NCBI GenBank assembly: GCA_964453345.1
Contig: CAYVOC010000027.1
Span: 1 to 17,754, forward strand
Direction of reading: 5' to 3'
Origin: an uncultured Aquificales bacterium
GTDB taxonomy: Bacteria; Thermosulfidibacterota; Thermosulfidibacteria; Thermosulfidibacterales; Thermosulfidibacteraceae
DNA: 17,754 nucleotides
Shown: piece after piece, positions 1-9,077 of the stretch
Layout: every line of letters starts with the position of its first letter
Numbering within the stretch: position 1 is the first letter of the stretch
Program-made: the position numbers and the translations under genes
The notes under the pieces: model-generated
What the model was told of the DNA's origin: nothing
The model's database searches: none
Seen by the model: the letters and a program-made list of their open reading frames with translations, nothing else

Positions 1-2
1 GG

Positions 3-11
3 TGTTATTTT
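3..11 (+). promoter_or_regulatory. Possible extended -10 element (TG-T-TATTTT) for the tRNA pair
   Basis: Matches TGnTAnnnT 16 nt upstream of tRNA-Val. The -35 region would lie outside the window. Confidence 0.25.
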
Positions 12-27
12 TTGCATCGCTTGTTGA

Positions 28-102
28 GGGCGGATAGCTCAGGGGGAGAGCACCGGCCTTACAAGCTGGGGGTCGCAGGTTCAAATCCTGCTCCGCCTAC
101 CA
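28..102 (+). tRNA. tRNA-Val (anticodon TAC), CCA encoded
   Basis: Cloverleaf read by eye: acceptor GGGCGGA/TCCGCCT + A-CCA; D arm GCTC..GAGC; anticodon arm CCGGC-CT-TAC-AA-GCTGG; T arm GCAGG-TTCAAAT-CCTGC. Confidence 0.97.
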
Positions 103-108
103 CTAAGC

Positions 109-185
<77 letters not shown>

Positions 186-191
186 CTTTTT

Positions 192-3100
192 TTATTTTCT
201 CAAAAGTTTCTTGGCTTCCTCCTCCGGTAGGGGTCTTGCTAAGTAGAAGCCCTGCAGGTAGTCACAGTTGATTTGTTTCAGCAGCTCCAGGTGCCTTTCC
301 GTTTCCACTCCCTCTGCAACGGCCTCCATATCGAGGGTGTGGGCCATTTCCACCATTATCCTGACTATGCCAAGCTCCCTTTCCCCTTTGACGATGTCCT
401 TGACGAACTGCATGTCTATTTTGAGAATGTCTGCGGGTAGTTCCCTTAAGTAAAGCAGCGAGCTGTATCCCGTGCCGAAGTCGTCTATTGCGATCTTTAT
501 CTTTGGCTTCATCTTCTCCATTATCCGTTTGCTTCTGTTGATGTCCTTGAGCATGATCCTTTCGGTTATTTCCACCACCATTTTGTCTGCGACGTCATCT
601 GGTATGGAGTTTATGGTCTCGATGAAGTCGTCCTCCATGAAGCTTCTTCCCGATATGTTTATGGAGATGCTTGTGTTCCATTCCCTTATCTTTTCCACAG
701 CCTTCTCTATGGCCCATTTCTGAAACTGTCTGTTGTATATGCTGTTTTCCAGATAGTCTATGAATTCGGAGGGCTGATGGATGGCTCCCTTTTTGTCAAC
801 GATCCTTACGAGCGCTTCAAAGCCGGCGAGGGATAGATCCTCCGCTTTGAAGTAGGGCTGATAGTAGAATACAAAAAGCCCGTTTTCCACGGCTTCCTTC
901 ACGAGCTGGCTTGCGCTTGTGAAGTGCTCCATTATCTGCTTGAGGTTTTTGTTGAAGAATTCCACCTGGGAATGTCTTCTGTCCTTGGCCATGTGAAGCG
1001 CAGCTAAGGCGTTTTTGTATAGGGTGTAGAAGTCGTCTCCATCGTCCGGATATATGGAAACCCCGATGCTGGGGATAAGGTGAATGGTGTCCCCGTTGTA
1101 GTTGAAGGGAAGCTCCATGGCGTCTACTATTCGCCTGATCACCTTTAACAGGTCCTGCTGCTCCTTTATGTCGGTTATGAGTATTCCGAATTTGCTTCCA
1201 TCCAGTCTCGCTATGATGTCCTTCTTCATAAGAATCTTTGCTAATCTTTCGGCGGCCTTTTTTAGCGCCGCATCGCCTGCGTTGAGCCCGTAGTTGAAGT
1301 TTATCTGGGGGAGTCCCTTCAGATGGAGGATGATCATTGCCGCCTTGCCTTCCATCTCCTTCAGTTTGCGGTTCACATTGATGGAGAAGGCGTTGGTGTT
1401 CGGTAGCCCTGTCACCGGATCCGTGTATTTGAGTTTTTCTATTTCGCGGCTCAGCACCGACTCCTTTGTTATGTCTCTTGCAATTACCAGCATCTTCGGG
1501 GATCCGTCTGAGAGCGTTATGTGGTGGCAGTCCACCTCTAAGTGTATGACCTTGCCCGTTGGGCTTCTTATGGCGCAGTAGGTGTGGATGCTTTTGCCGG
1601 GGTCCGGAAGGCGGCCCAAGGGCAGGAGATTGAGGATGTTCTCTTCCTTGTTGCCGTTGAGTCCGAAGGTGTCCTGCGCCTGGGGATTTGCGTAGATGAT
1701 CCTTCCGTCCGGCTCGCTTATTATGACGATTCCTCTTATTCTATCTATGGCTTCGTTGATGAGCTGGAGGTTCTTTTGAAGGCTTAATCTTTCTACGCCT
1801 ATGCTTAAATCCGCCTTGAACTCCTCAAGGGCCTCTATGTGTGTGCTGCTGAAGTAGTCGGGCTCGCGGGAATAGAGGGCCAGAACCCCCATGGGACTTC
1901 CCGATTTTACTATGGGTATGTAGGCGGAAGAGAGGAGTCCCAGCTCTAAGGCTCTTTCTATCCACGGGCTTTTTGGTTCTTCCTGTATGTTTTCCACTAT
2001 TACGACCTCGGCGTTTGCAAGCGCCTTAAATACCGGCTCGTCCTTTCCGAAGGGGACCTTTGCCTCTGGAAGCGTGTTGTGGAGGACCTTGAGTTCTGTT
2101 TCGTCCTTTATCCCTATCCATGCGAGATTGATGTCAAGGTGCCTGGTTATGGCCTCGCATATGAGGCTGAAAAGTTCATCCTCGGTTTTTGATTTCAGTA
2201 TGGCGCTGTTTATGGATTTTATGGCGTTGTTGAGCCTTTCCAGATAGACAAATTGAGTGACGTTTATTCCGAAGATCAGCCCTGCATAACTGCCTTGATA
2301 GACGATGGTGTCGGTCAGGGCGAGGAGGTAGAGGGAGCTTTTATTTTTGCGCTTCAGTTTCAGGTATTTGTATATCTTTTTGAAACGTTTTCCCTTGAGC
2401 CTCATCTCCATCACGGGCTTCAGCTGTTCCCGCAGGTCGTCGGCGATGATGTCGAGCAGGGACAGGTTTAACAGCTCCTTTTGGGAGTAGCCGGTGAGTT
2501 TGGCGGCCTCTTCGCTGGCGAAAACTATCTTATCCCTGTATATGATGACGAAGGTGTCCGGGAATTTGAGTATGTGTTCGGTTATGTATCTGTTTCTGTG
2601 GTATTTTTCTAAGAAGATTGATTGTGCGTGCAGCCTTTCAAGATCCCTTTCAAGATAGGGGGGTGCGGGCTTCAATTTGAGGGCGGGAGCGATCTTCTTT
2701 TCAGCAAGGGTTGATGCCTCGGGCTTCGCCATAAGGATGTGGGGACACAGGCAGGGGATCCTTTTCACAATCTCTACGGGGGTTTTGAGGTTTTTTGCTA
2801 TCTCTTTGGGAACGATTATGAGGTCAACAAGGCCCTCCTTTAGCTTTTCTTCGGCATCAGGACAGGTGGTGAACAGAAGCTCCGCCTCAAATATCTGTGG
2901 TTCCCTCAGGAAAAGGGTTATCAGAGCGCTTTTTCTGCCGCTTATGGCCACCTTAGGGTTGAGTGGAATCTTTGCTGAGGGAAGCTTCAGCAGCAGAAGC
3001 TCCTCATCTTCGGTGGTGCCGACAATCCTGTATCCGAGCTTCAAAAGCCTGTGGGCAGAATCGGGTGACGCCAGATATACATCGGCATCGGGTTTCTCCA

Positions 3101-3251
3101 GGTAAAGGTCCTCTTCCTGCCAGCTTTTGAAGATTACAGGATCAACGGGGATTTCTATTTTTCCGAAGATCTGATCTGCACTTTTGCTTTTACAGTGGCA
3201 TATGGCGAATTTTAACCTTTCCATTTTTGATATTTTTATCCTATTTGCCAT
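192..3251 (-). CDS. c-di-GMP phosphodiesterase: N-terminal PBP-like domain, PAS, GAF, PAS, degenerate GGDEF, intact EAL
   Basis: 1019 aa ORF. EAL motifs are intact (YYQP, GFEALVR, SINIS, VEITE, IDDFGTGYSSL, LKID, AEGVET, LQGFYLARP). The GGDEF fold is recognisable (DPVTGLPN, YGLNAGD, SIGVSIYPDDG) but the signature reads DGSKF. PAS (AAKLTGYSQKEL; IIYANPQA) and GAF (LAWIG, SSAYIPI, GVLALYS) motifs are present. An alternative ATG at 3224 is possible. Confidence 0.92.
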   Translation of the reverse strand: MANRIKISKMERLKFAICHCKSKSADQIFGKIEIPVDPVIFKSWQEEDLYLEKPDADVYLASPDSAHRLLKLGYRIVGTTEDEELLLLKLPSAKIPLNPKVAISGRKSALITLFLREPQIFEAELLFTTCPDAEEKLKEGLVDLIIVPKEIAKNLKTPVEIVKRIPCLCPHILMAKPEASTLAEKKIAPALKLKPAPPYLERDLERLHAQSIFLEKYHRNRYITEHILKFPDTFVIIYRDKIVFASEEAAKLTGYSQKELLNLSLLDIIADDLREQLKPVMEMRLKGKRFKKIYKYLKLKRKNKSSLYLLALTDTIVYQGSYAGLIFGINVTQFVYLERLNNAIKSINSAILKSKTEDELFSLICEAITRHLDINLAWIGIKDETELKVLHNTLPEAKVPFGKDEPVFKALANAEVVIVENIQEEPKSPWIERALELGLLSSAYIPIVKSGSPMGVLALYSREPDYFSSTHIEALEEFKADLSIGVERLSLQKNLQLINEAIDRIRGIVIISEPDGRIIYANPQAQDTFGLNGNKEENILNLLPLGRLPDPGKSIHTYCAIRSPTGKVIHLEVDCHHITLSDGSPKMLVIARDITKESVLSREIEKLKYTDPVTGLPNTNAFSINVNRKLKEMEGKAAMIILHLKGLPQINFNYGLNAGDAALKKAAERLAKILMKKDIIARLDGSKFGILITDIKEQQDLLKVIRRIVDAMELPFNYNGDTIHLIPSIGVSIYPDDGDDFYTLYKNALAALHMAKDRRHSQVEFFNKNLKQIMEHFTSASQLVKEAVENGLFVFYYQPYFKAEDLSLAGFEALVRIVDKKGAIHQPSEFIDYLENSIYNRQFQKWAIEKAVEKIREWNTSISINISGRSFMEDDFIETINSIPDDVADKMVVEITERIMLKDINRSKRIMEKMKPKIKIAIDDFGTGYSSLLYLRELPADILKIDMQFVKDIVKGERELGIVRIMVEMAHTLDMEAVAEGVETERHLELLKQINCDYLQGFYLARPLPEEEAKKLLRK

Positions 3252-3258
3252 GTTCTTT

Positions 3259-3696
3259 TCAAGATCTTCCCGTGGATCCGAAGCCCCCTTCTCCTCTCTC
3301 TGTTCGGGTAAGTTCCTCTGCTAATTCAAAGTCCGCCTTGTATACTTTGGCGAGGACGGCCTGCGCTATTCGCTCACCCGGTTTCACAGTGTAGGGTTCA
3401 TGGGAAAGGTTTATGAGTATCACCTTCACCTCGCCCCGGTAGTCTGAGTCGATGGTCCCCGGTGTGTTGAGCACGGTTATTCCCTTGGTGGCCAGCCCGC
3501 TTCTGGGCCTCACCTGGACTTCAAAGCCCTCCGGTATTTCCAGGTGTATCCCCGTTGGTATCAGGGCCCATCTGCCGGGATTTATTGTGACGGGCTTCTC
3601 TATCCATGCCTTTAGATCAAAGCCGGATGCGCCCGCGCTCATGTATTGCGGGAGCACCCTTCTGTCTTTGAGCAGGATTTTAACCTTTACCTTCAA
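3259..3696 (-). CDS. dut: dUTP diphosphatase (trimeric dUTPase)
   Basis: All five motifs present: [40 protein letters not shown] start overlaps the upstream gene. Confidence 0.97.
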   Translation of the reverse strand: MKVKVKILLKDRRVLPQYMSAGASGFDLKAWIEKPVTINPGRWALIPTGIHLEIPEGFEVQVRPRSGLATKGITVLNTPGTIDSDYRGEVKVILINLSHEPYTVKPGERIAQAVLAKVYKADFELAEELTRTERGEGGFGSTGRS

Positions 3697-4204
3697 TGGC
3701 CCTCAACCCCCTTTTTACGGTTTTCCAGATGAGCTTTTCCGGAACACCGGTTTTTTTGGTCAATATAAATTCCCTCAGCCAGGGTTCCTCCGGGAGGTAG
3801 CCCTCCCTGAACAAAACGCCTGCTGCAAACCAGAGGGCGTTTCTCTTTGCGGATTCCTCATCTGCGCTTTTTCTCAGGGCGTGCAGATACCTTCCAAAGG
3901 CGAAGGGCGATGGTTCGCCGTAGGGGTAATAGTCCAGAAGGGGGAGGCAGAAGAGGTGCAGCCTTATGTGGTGGGGTTCAAAGAAGGTTTCAAGGGCGGA
4001 GTAGGATTTTGCTGTGAATGTAATTCTGCTTTTGAACAGGCCCTCAAGGGCAAAGAGAGCCGGGGCGCCAATGGGCTTTGGCCTTTTGGACGGGGTGTGG
4101 ATGCAGATAAGTTTTCCCTCTGAGTGGGAGAAGACCTTTATCTTCAATCTTCCATCCGGGAGCACTTCCTTTGATAGAACTATTGCGGCTATGCTTCTGA
4201 ACAT
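3680..4204 (-). CDS. Short, divergent RecO-like DNA repair protein (otherwise hypothetical protein)
   Basis: 174 aa, overlapping both neighbours in the operon. N-terminal AIVLSK...[10 protein letters not shown] resembles the RecO OB-fold start. [17 protein letters not shown] and VLFREGYLP resemble the RecO helical bundle. No CxxC zinc finger. Confidence 0.6.
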   Translation of the reverse strand: MFRSIAAIVLSKEVLPDGRLKIKVFSHSEGKLICIHTPSKRPKPIGAPALFALEGLFKSRITFTAKSYSALETFFEPHHIRLHLFCLPLLDYYPYGEPSPFAFGRYLHALRKSADEESAKRNALWFAAGVLFREGYLPEEPWLREFILTKKTGVPEKLIWKTVKRGLRAIEGKG

Positions 4205-5292
4205 TTCGCCGGTAGCGTGATGGTGAAGGTGGTCTCACCCGGTCTGCTTTTGAGGTGTATTCTGCCGGAGTGGGCTTCTACGATTCTGTGAACAATGGCA
4301 AGCCCAAGGCCCGTTCCCTTCTTCTTGGTGGTGAAGAAGGGGTCGAATATGCGCTTCTGGACCTCGACGGGGATTCCGCATCCGGTGTCGCTCACAGATA
4401 TGGAACATTCTCCGTTGCCCTTTTCTATCCTTATGGTCAGCTTGCCGCCCTCTTCCATGGCCTGCAGGGCGTTTATTATGAGGTTCAGCAGCGCCTGTTT
4501 TATCAGCTCGGGGTCCACCCAGGCGGTGCATTCTTCGCCCTCTATTTTCGCCTCCACTTCCTTCTCACGGATTGCGGCTGAGGCCATGTGCAGGCACTCC
4601 TCGGCGATCTCCCTGAGATCACAGGGCTTCGGTTCGGGGTGCAGGGGCCTTGTGAAGGTGAGCATGTTGGTTATGAGGGTGTTTATGCTTTTCACAACCC
4701 TTATTATGCCCTCCGCCCATCTCTTCTGTTCCTCGGGGGTTCCCCCCCGCCTGAGCAGCCCGGCGAACAGCTCTATGGAACCCAAGGGATTTCTTATTTC
4801 GTGGGCTATGGTGACCGCCATCTTTCCCATGGCAGAGAGCCTTTCTTTTCGCTTGTTCTCTTCTTCAAGCTCCCTCTCCCTGGTTATGTCCCTGAGAACT
4901 ATCACCTCGCCGATGTTCTTCCCCTCCTGGAGCAGGGGGAACCGCCTCACCTTAAGAACCTTTCTCTTCCCTTCGATAGTGTAAAATTCCATCTCCTCCT
5001 GGAGGTTGTGGATGAAGCTTTCCAGATTCTTCCCCTCCTCAATACCGAAGAGATCCTTGGCGGTTTGGTTTGCCAGCATGACCCTGTTCTTCTGATCCAC
5101 GGCCACCACCCCATCCCTTATGCTTTCTATTACGGCCTTGAGGAGGTTTTTCTGCTGGCTCAGCTCTTCGTTCAGCCTTTTGACTTCGGCCTTGAGGGCG
5201 TTGTAGGATCTGTTTAACTCTTCTGTGGCCTCTATAAAGTTTTTGAGCGCCTCTTTAAGGGCTTCCGTCTCCAGTAGCTCTTTTTGCCTCAT
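4189..5292 (-). CDS. Cytoplasmic PAS sensor histidine kinase, FlgS/FleS-like
   Basis: H-box AHEIRNPLGSI, N-box LLNLIINALQAM, G1 DTGCGI, F-box IFDPFFTTK, G2 GTGLGL. PAS (IRDGVVAVD...ANQTA) follows an N-terminal coiled coil; no TM helix. SD AAGGAG 7 nt before the ATG. Confidence 0.93.
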   Translation of the reverse strand: MRQKELLETEALKEALKNFIEATEELNRSYNALKAEVKRLNEELSQQKNLLKAVIESIRDGVVAVDQKNRVMLANQTAKDLFGIEEGKNLESFIHNLQEEMEFYTIEGKRKVLKVRRFPLLQEGKNIGEVIVLRDITRERELEEENKRKERLSAMGKMAVTIAHEIRNPLGSIELFAGLLRRGGTPEEQKRWAEGIIRVVKSINTLITNMLTFTRPLHPEPKPCDLREIAEECLHMASAAIREKEVEAKIEGEECTAWVDPELIKQALLNLIINALQAMEEGGKLTIRIEKGNGECSISVSDTGCGIPVEVQKRIFDPFFTTKKKGTGLGLAIVHRIVEAHSGRIHLKSRPGETTFTITLPAKCSEA

Positions 5293-7639
5293 GGAGTATC
5301 TCCTTCGCCAGTCTGTGTGCCCTTATCTCCTTGCTCCAGTGGCTCTGGGGGAATTTTTGGATGCAGGTGTTCCAGAAGTAGTCCTTCATTGTCCCGTTGT
5401 TAATGAGTCCCAGCATGAAGAGGGATTCCGCCGTGTATCTGCCGTTGGGGAAGGTGTTTGCATACCAGAGATAATAGTCGTAGGCTTTTTTTGGGTTGTT
5501 TCTGTTGTAGGCCATTCTGGCAAGAAGTATCTTGGCGTAGCCGAAGCGGTCCGGGTGGTGAAGCAGGGATCCCTTCATGGTCACAAACTTTTCGAGCTTC
5601 TTCACCCCTTCCGCCTCATCACCCCGATCCAGCAGGACCAAGGCCTTCAGAAACTGGATGTATTCAAGATCTTTTTCGTCGATCTTTTCCCTTTCCATCT
5701 TGTCCGCAAGCTTGAACATCTTGTCGTAAAGTCCTGCCGCGAAGTATAGCCTGAAAAGGAGCATGTGGATTCTGGGAAACTCAGGCGCCTTGGAGAGGGA
5801 TACGAGTTCCTCCGCCACTTCAGCAGCGCGGTCGTAATCTTCTATTCCGAAGTAATAATCGGCAAGGTATTTGAGGAGCTTTTTTCTTTCCGGAAAGGCC
5901 TTCCCGATGTTCTGTTTGATCCAGTTCATGGTGTCGATGGCTTCTTTGGTTCTGTTCTGCTTCAGCATGCACTGGGCTATATGAAACAGGACCAGTCCCT
6001 GCTTTGCTTTTCTGGGCAGAAAGTTCCTGTATAGATCCCAGAATACCATTATCCCGCCGCAGTCCTTGCGGCTGTATCTGTCCTCGATGATCCTTATAAG
6101 GGCTTTGCCCGCCATCTCAATGGCTTTGGGAGTATGGGGGTTGTTGGGGTATCTCGTGGCGAAGCGGGTGAGAAGCTTCAGCGCGTCCTCAAGCCGGTTT
6201 TCTTTATATTTCCTCTCGGCGATCCTGAACTCAGCTTCTTCTATGTATTTCTCCGCTTCCTGAATGAACTTGCTCTGGGGAACCTTGAGCATGAAGTCCT
6301 TGAAGGCCTGTATGGCATCCTCATACCTTCCAAGCCGCAGCAGCATGATCCCCTTTCTGTATAGGGCGACCTCCAGAACGTCGCTCATGTTCGGGTAGAG
6401 TATCTCAACCTCGGTGTATAGGTTGAGCGCGTCCCGGTATCTCTTTATCTCTTCGTAGTGCTCTGCAAGCTTGATCCGGGCTACGGCCGCCGCCCTTGTG
6501 TGGGGATACAGCCTCATACAAAGCCTGTAGAACCACTCGGCCACCTTCCAGTTGCCCTTTTCTGCGTATATGTTTCCCAAAAGCCCCAAGGATTTTGCGG
6601 CCTCAACCGTGTTGGGGTGCAGGTTCAGGGTTCTGAGCAGTATCCTTTTGGCCTTCTCCTTGAGTCCGATCCTGTAGGAGGAACTGCCATACATGAAGAG
6701 GGCTTCTCCGTCGGATTCCATTAGGGTCCTGTCCTTTTGATAAGCCTTGTCGAAGAGGAAGAAGGCGCCGACGAAGTTGTCCTTGAGGTAGTAGGCCTTT
6801 GCGAGTTCCTTATACATGTGGGCGAGGTAGGGCGAATCCGGATGCGCCTTTAGCATGGCCTTGAGCAGCAGGATGGCGTCGTTCTTTCTCTCCAGCCTTA
6901 TGAGGGCCTCGGCCATGTAGGAGGCCACCAGATCTGCGGTGTAGTCCTTATACTTCTGGATGAAGAGCTTGCCCTCCGCAAGGGCCTCGTCGTATCTCTT
7001 TTGCTTCAATAGTATCTCAACCTTTTTGGCCCAGAGAATCTTTTTCCTTTCGCCCTTGAGCAGGGGCATCAGCCTCTCTATGGAGGTGAGGACCACAACA
7101 GGGTTGTCCGCCTTCAGGGTGCAGTTATACTCCATCTCTATAAATTTTTCCCTCTCCTGTGGAGGGAGGGCGGAGAGGTTCAGGCGCGCTGCATTCGCAA
7201 GATAAAGGTTGCATTCCCCCTTTTGGTAGATGGACAGCAGCATCTTTTTCATGAGATGTATGGAGGTGAGCCTCTCCGGGGTCAGGGTCAGTTTGAAGGG
7301 TGGGTAGGTCTCTTCAAGCTTCAGATGGTAGGCCTTATCAAGTCGAATGCTGAGAACGGTGTCTCTTCCCCGGGAACGCACTTCTATGTCTTTGATTATT
7401 CTGTCCTTTATTGGGATTTTGCGCTTTCTTTTTACGGCAAGATTCTTGAGGATTAGCACGGAAAGCCCCGGCTGCGGTTCCTTGAACTGATATTTGAGCC
7501 TTTCGGGGGAGGTTATCACTATCTTGGTTCTTTGCTTCTCTTTGACCAGAAAGATCTCCGCAGAGCGGGCGCTGCCAAAGACGAGCAGTATCAGAAGCCA
7601 AGGTATAATCTGGCAAGCTCCTTTCCGTAGAAGGTGCAA
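5255..7639 (-). CDS. Exported tetratricopeptide-repeat protein with N-terminal AMIN-like beta domain
   Basis: 794 aa. Hydrophobic N-terminal segment (IIPWLLILLVFGSARSA), then a beta-rich ~100 aa domain, then many TPR/BamD-CpoB-like repeats (e.g. ALYRKGIMLLRLGRYEDAIQAFKDFMLKVPQS). The TTG start is uncertain. Confidence 0.85.
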   Translation of the reverse strand: MHLLRKGACQIIPWLLILLVFGSARSAEIFLVKEKQRTKIVITSPERLKYQFKEPQPGLSVLILKNLAVKRKRKIPIKDRIIKDIEVRSRGRDTVLSIRLDKAYHLKLEETYPPFKLTLTPERLTSIHLMKKMLLSIYQKGECNLYLANAARLNLSALPPQEREKFIEMEYNCTLKADNPVVVLTSIERLMPLLKGERKKILWAKKVEILLKQKRYDEALAEGKLFIQKYKDYTADLVASYMAEALIRLERKNDAILLLKAMLKAHPDSPYLAHMYKELAKAYYLKDNFVGAFFLFDKAYQKDRTLMESDGEALFMYGSSSYRIGLKEKAKRILLRTLNLHPNTVEAAKSLGLLGNIYAEKGNWKVAEWFYRLCMRLYPHTRAAAVARIKLAEHYEEIKRYRDALNLYTEVEILYPNMSDVLEVALYRKGIMLLRLGRYEDAIQAFKDFMLKVPQSKFIQEAEKYIEEAEFRIAERKYKENRLEDALKLLTRFATRYPNNPHTPKAIEMAGKALIRIIEDRYSRKDCGGIMVFWDLYRNFLPRKAKQGLVLFHIAQCMLKQNRTKEAIDTMNWIKQNIGKAFPERKKLLKYLADYYFGIEDYDRAAEVAEELVSLSKAPEFPRIHMLLFRLYFAAGLYDKMFKLADKMEREKIDEKDLEYIQFLKALVLLDRGDEAEGVKKLEKFVTMKGSLLHHPDRFGYAKILLARMAYNRNNPKKAYDYYLWYANTFPNGRYTAESLFMLGLINNGTMKDYFWNTCIQKFPQSHWSKEIRAHRLAKEILHEAKRATGDGSP

Positions 7640-8358
7640 GCGTAAGCCCCCAAAACCATAAATGGACCGAAGGGTATTCTATCCTTTCTTCCCTTCTTTC
7701 TCAACAGCATTAGAATCACGCCCACCGCCGCTCCCAGAAAGACGGATACGAAGAGGGCCGTTATCCCCACCTTGAGTCCCAGATTCGCTCCGAAGGATGC
7801 GGCAAGCTTCACATCGCCCAGACCCATGCCCCCTCTGCTGAGGACGGCTATGAGCAGAAAGATGCCTCCGCACACGGCTGCTCCTATAAGGGCGTCCTTA
7901 ATGGGGATGCCGGACATCCCGAGTAGGGATGCTGCGATTCCCCATGCTAAGGTTCCTATGGTAAAAACATCGGGCAGGATGAAGTGTTCGAGATCTATGA
8001 AGGCTGCTGGTATCAGAGGCATGAGGAAGAGGGCCGCCCACAGGGCCTTGCCGGATAGCCCCCATCTGAGCCAGATGGCGAGCAGGGTTGCGCCGCTTAT
8101 CACCTCCACAAGGGGATAGCGTATCCCTATGGGGGCCTTGCAGTGTCCGCATCTGCCTCCAAGAATCATGTATGAGATCACGGGGATGTTCTCCCGCCAC
8201 CTCAGTCTGGAGCCGCACTTGGGGCATCTGGATGGGGGATGGACTATGGATTCACCCCTCGGTAGCCGGTGTATGAGAACGTTGAAGAAGCTTCCCAGGA
8301 TGGTGCCCAGTATAGCAACATATATTCCCTCAAGTATCTTCATGCCGTTTCCCTTCAT
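7591..8358 (-). CDS. pilD: Prepilin peptidase / N-methyltransferase (A24A)
   Basis: GSFFNVLIHRLP, two CxxC (CPKC, CGHC), RYPLVE, catalytic Asp motifs FIDLEHFILPD and GMGLGDVKL, C-terminal IPFGPF. ATGA overlap with the upstream gene. Confidence 0.95.
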   Translation of the reverse strand: MKGNGMKILEGIYVAILGTILGSFFNVLIHRLPRGESIVHPPSRCPKCGSRLRWRENIPVISYMILGGRCGHCKAPIGIRYPLVEVISGATLLAIWLRWGLSGKALWAALFLMPLIPAAFIDLEHFILPDVFTIGTLAWGIAASLLGMSGIPIKDALIGAAVCGGIFLLIAVLSRGGMGLGDVKLAASFGANLGLKVGITALFVSVFLGAAVGVILMLLRKKGRKDRIPFGPFMVLGAYACTFYGKELARLYLGF

Positions 8359-9077
8359 CCTATTATGAGCCTTACTGCGACCACCATCAGGGCTGCAAGC
8401 ACGAATTTCCTTATGAATCCGTGCCCCTTCTGAACGGCTAAGTTAACCCCTATGTAGGCCCCCGTTGCGTTCCCTGCGGCAAGCACAACCCCCCATAAAG
8501 GATCAACCTTGCCTCTGTATGCAAAGATGGCGAGGGCAAATACAGTGAAGATGAGAATGACGAGCACCTTTACCGCGTTTGCCCTGACAAGATCCATTCC
8601 GTAGAGGCTGAGCGCCGCCAGGATGAAGAAGCCAACCCCTGCCTGTATAAATCCGCCGTATATTCCGATGAGGAAAAATATTGCGGGAAGCAGTTTTGGA
8701 CTGGGGCGCAGTCTTTCCGCCACCCTTTGGGGATCGTATAGGGTTATGAAGGAGATGAGGATCATGAGGGCACCAAAGATTCTTTTGAAGGTTGCATCGG
8801 GGATGGCGGAGGCCATGTAGGCTCCGGCAATTGCCCCCATGGCTGCAGGGATGAGTATGCCTTTTAGGTTTTCTGTGGGAACCAGATCAAAGTGCTTGAA
8901 CCTTTTTACCGCCATGATGTTTTGAAAAAGGATGGCTATTCTGTTGGTTCCGTTTGCGACCGTTGGCGGAAGCCCCATGAAGATCATGACCGCGACGGTG
9001 ATGAAGGATCCGCCCCCTGCTAAGGTGTTTATGATGCCCGCAACAAGTCCACATACAAAAAGCAGAAGAAACTTCAT
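8355..9077 (-). CDS. Sulfite exporter TauE/SafE (TSUP) family membrane protein
   Basis: 240 aa polytopic membrane protein with AGIINTLAGGGS, PPTVANGTN, GIYGGFIQAGVG and ANAVK motifs. ATGA overlaps at both ends. Confidence 0.92.
   Translation of the reverse strand: MKFLLLFVCGLVAGIINTLAGGGSFITVAVMIFMGLPPTVANGTNRIAILFQNIMAVKRFKHFDLVPTENLKGILIPAAMGAIAGAYMASAIPDATFKRIFGALMILISFITLYDPQRVAERLRPSPKLLPAIFFLIGIYGGFIQAGVGFFILAALSLYGMDLVRANAVKVLVILIFTVFALAIFAYRGKVDPLWGVVLAAGNATGAYIGVNLAVQKGHGFIRKFVLAALMVVAVRLIIG

Noticed and set aside
3452-5749. Plus-strand ORFs of 174-229 aa opposite dut, the recO-like gene, the kinase and the TPR gene
   Set aside because: No motifs, and they overlap well-supported, tightly chained minus-strand genes.
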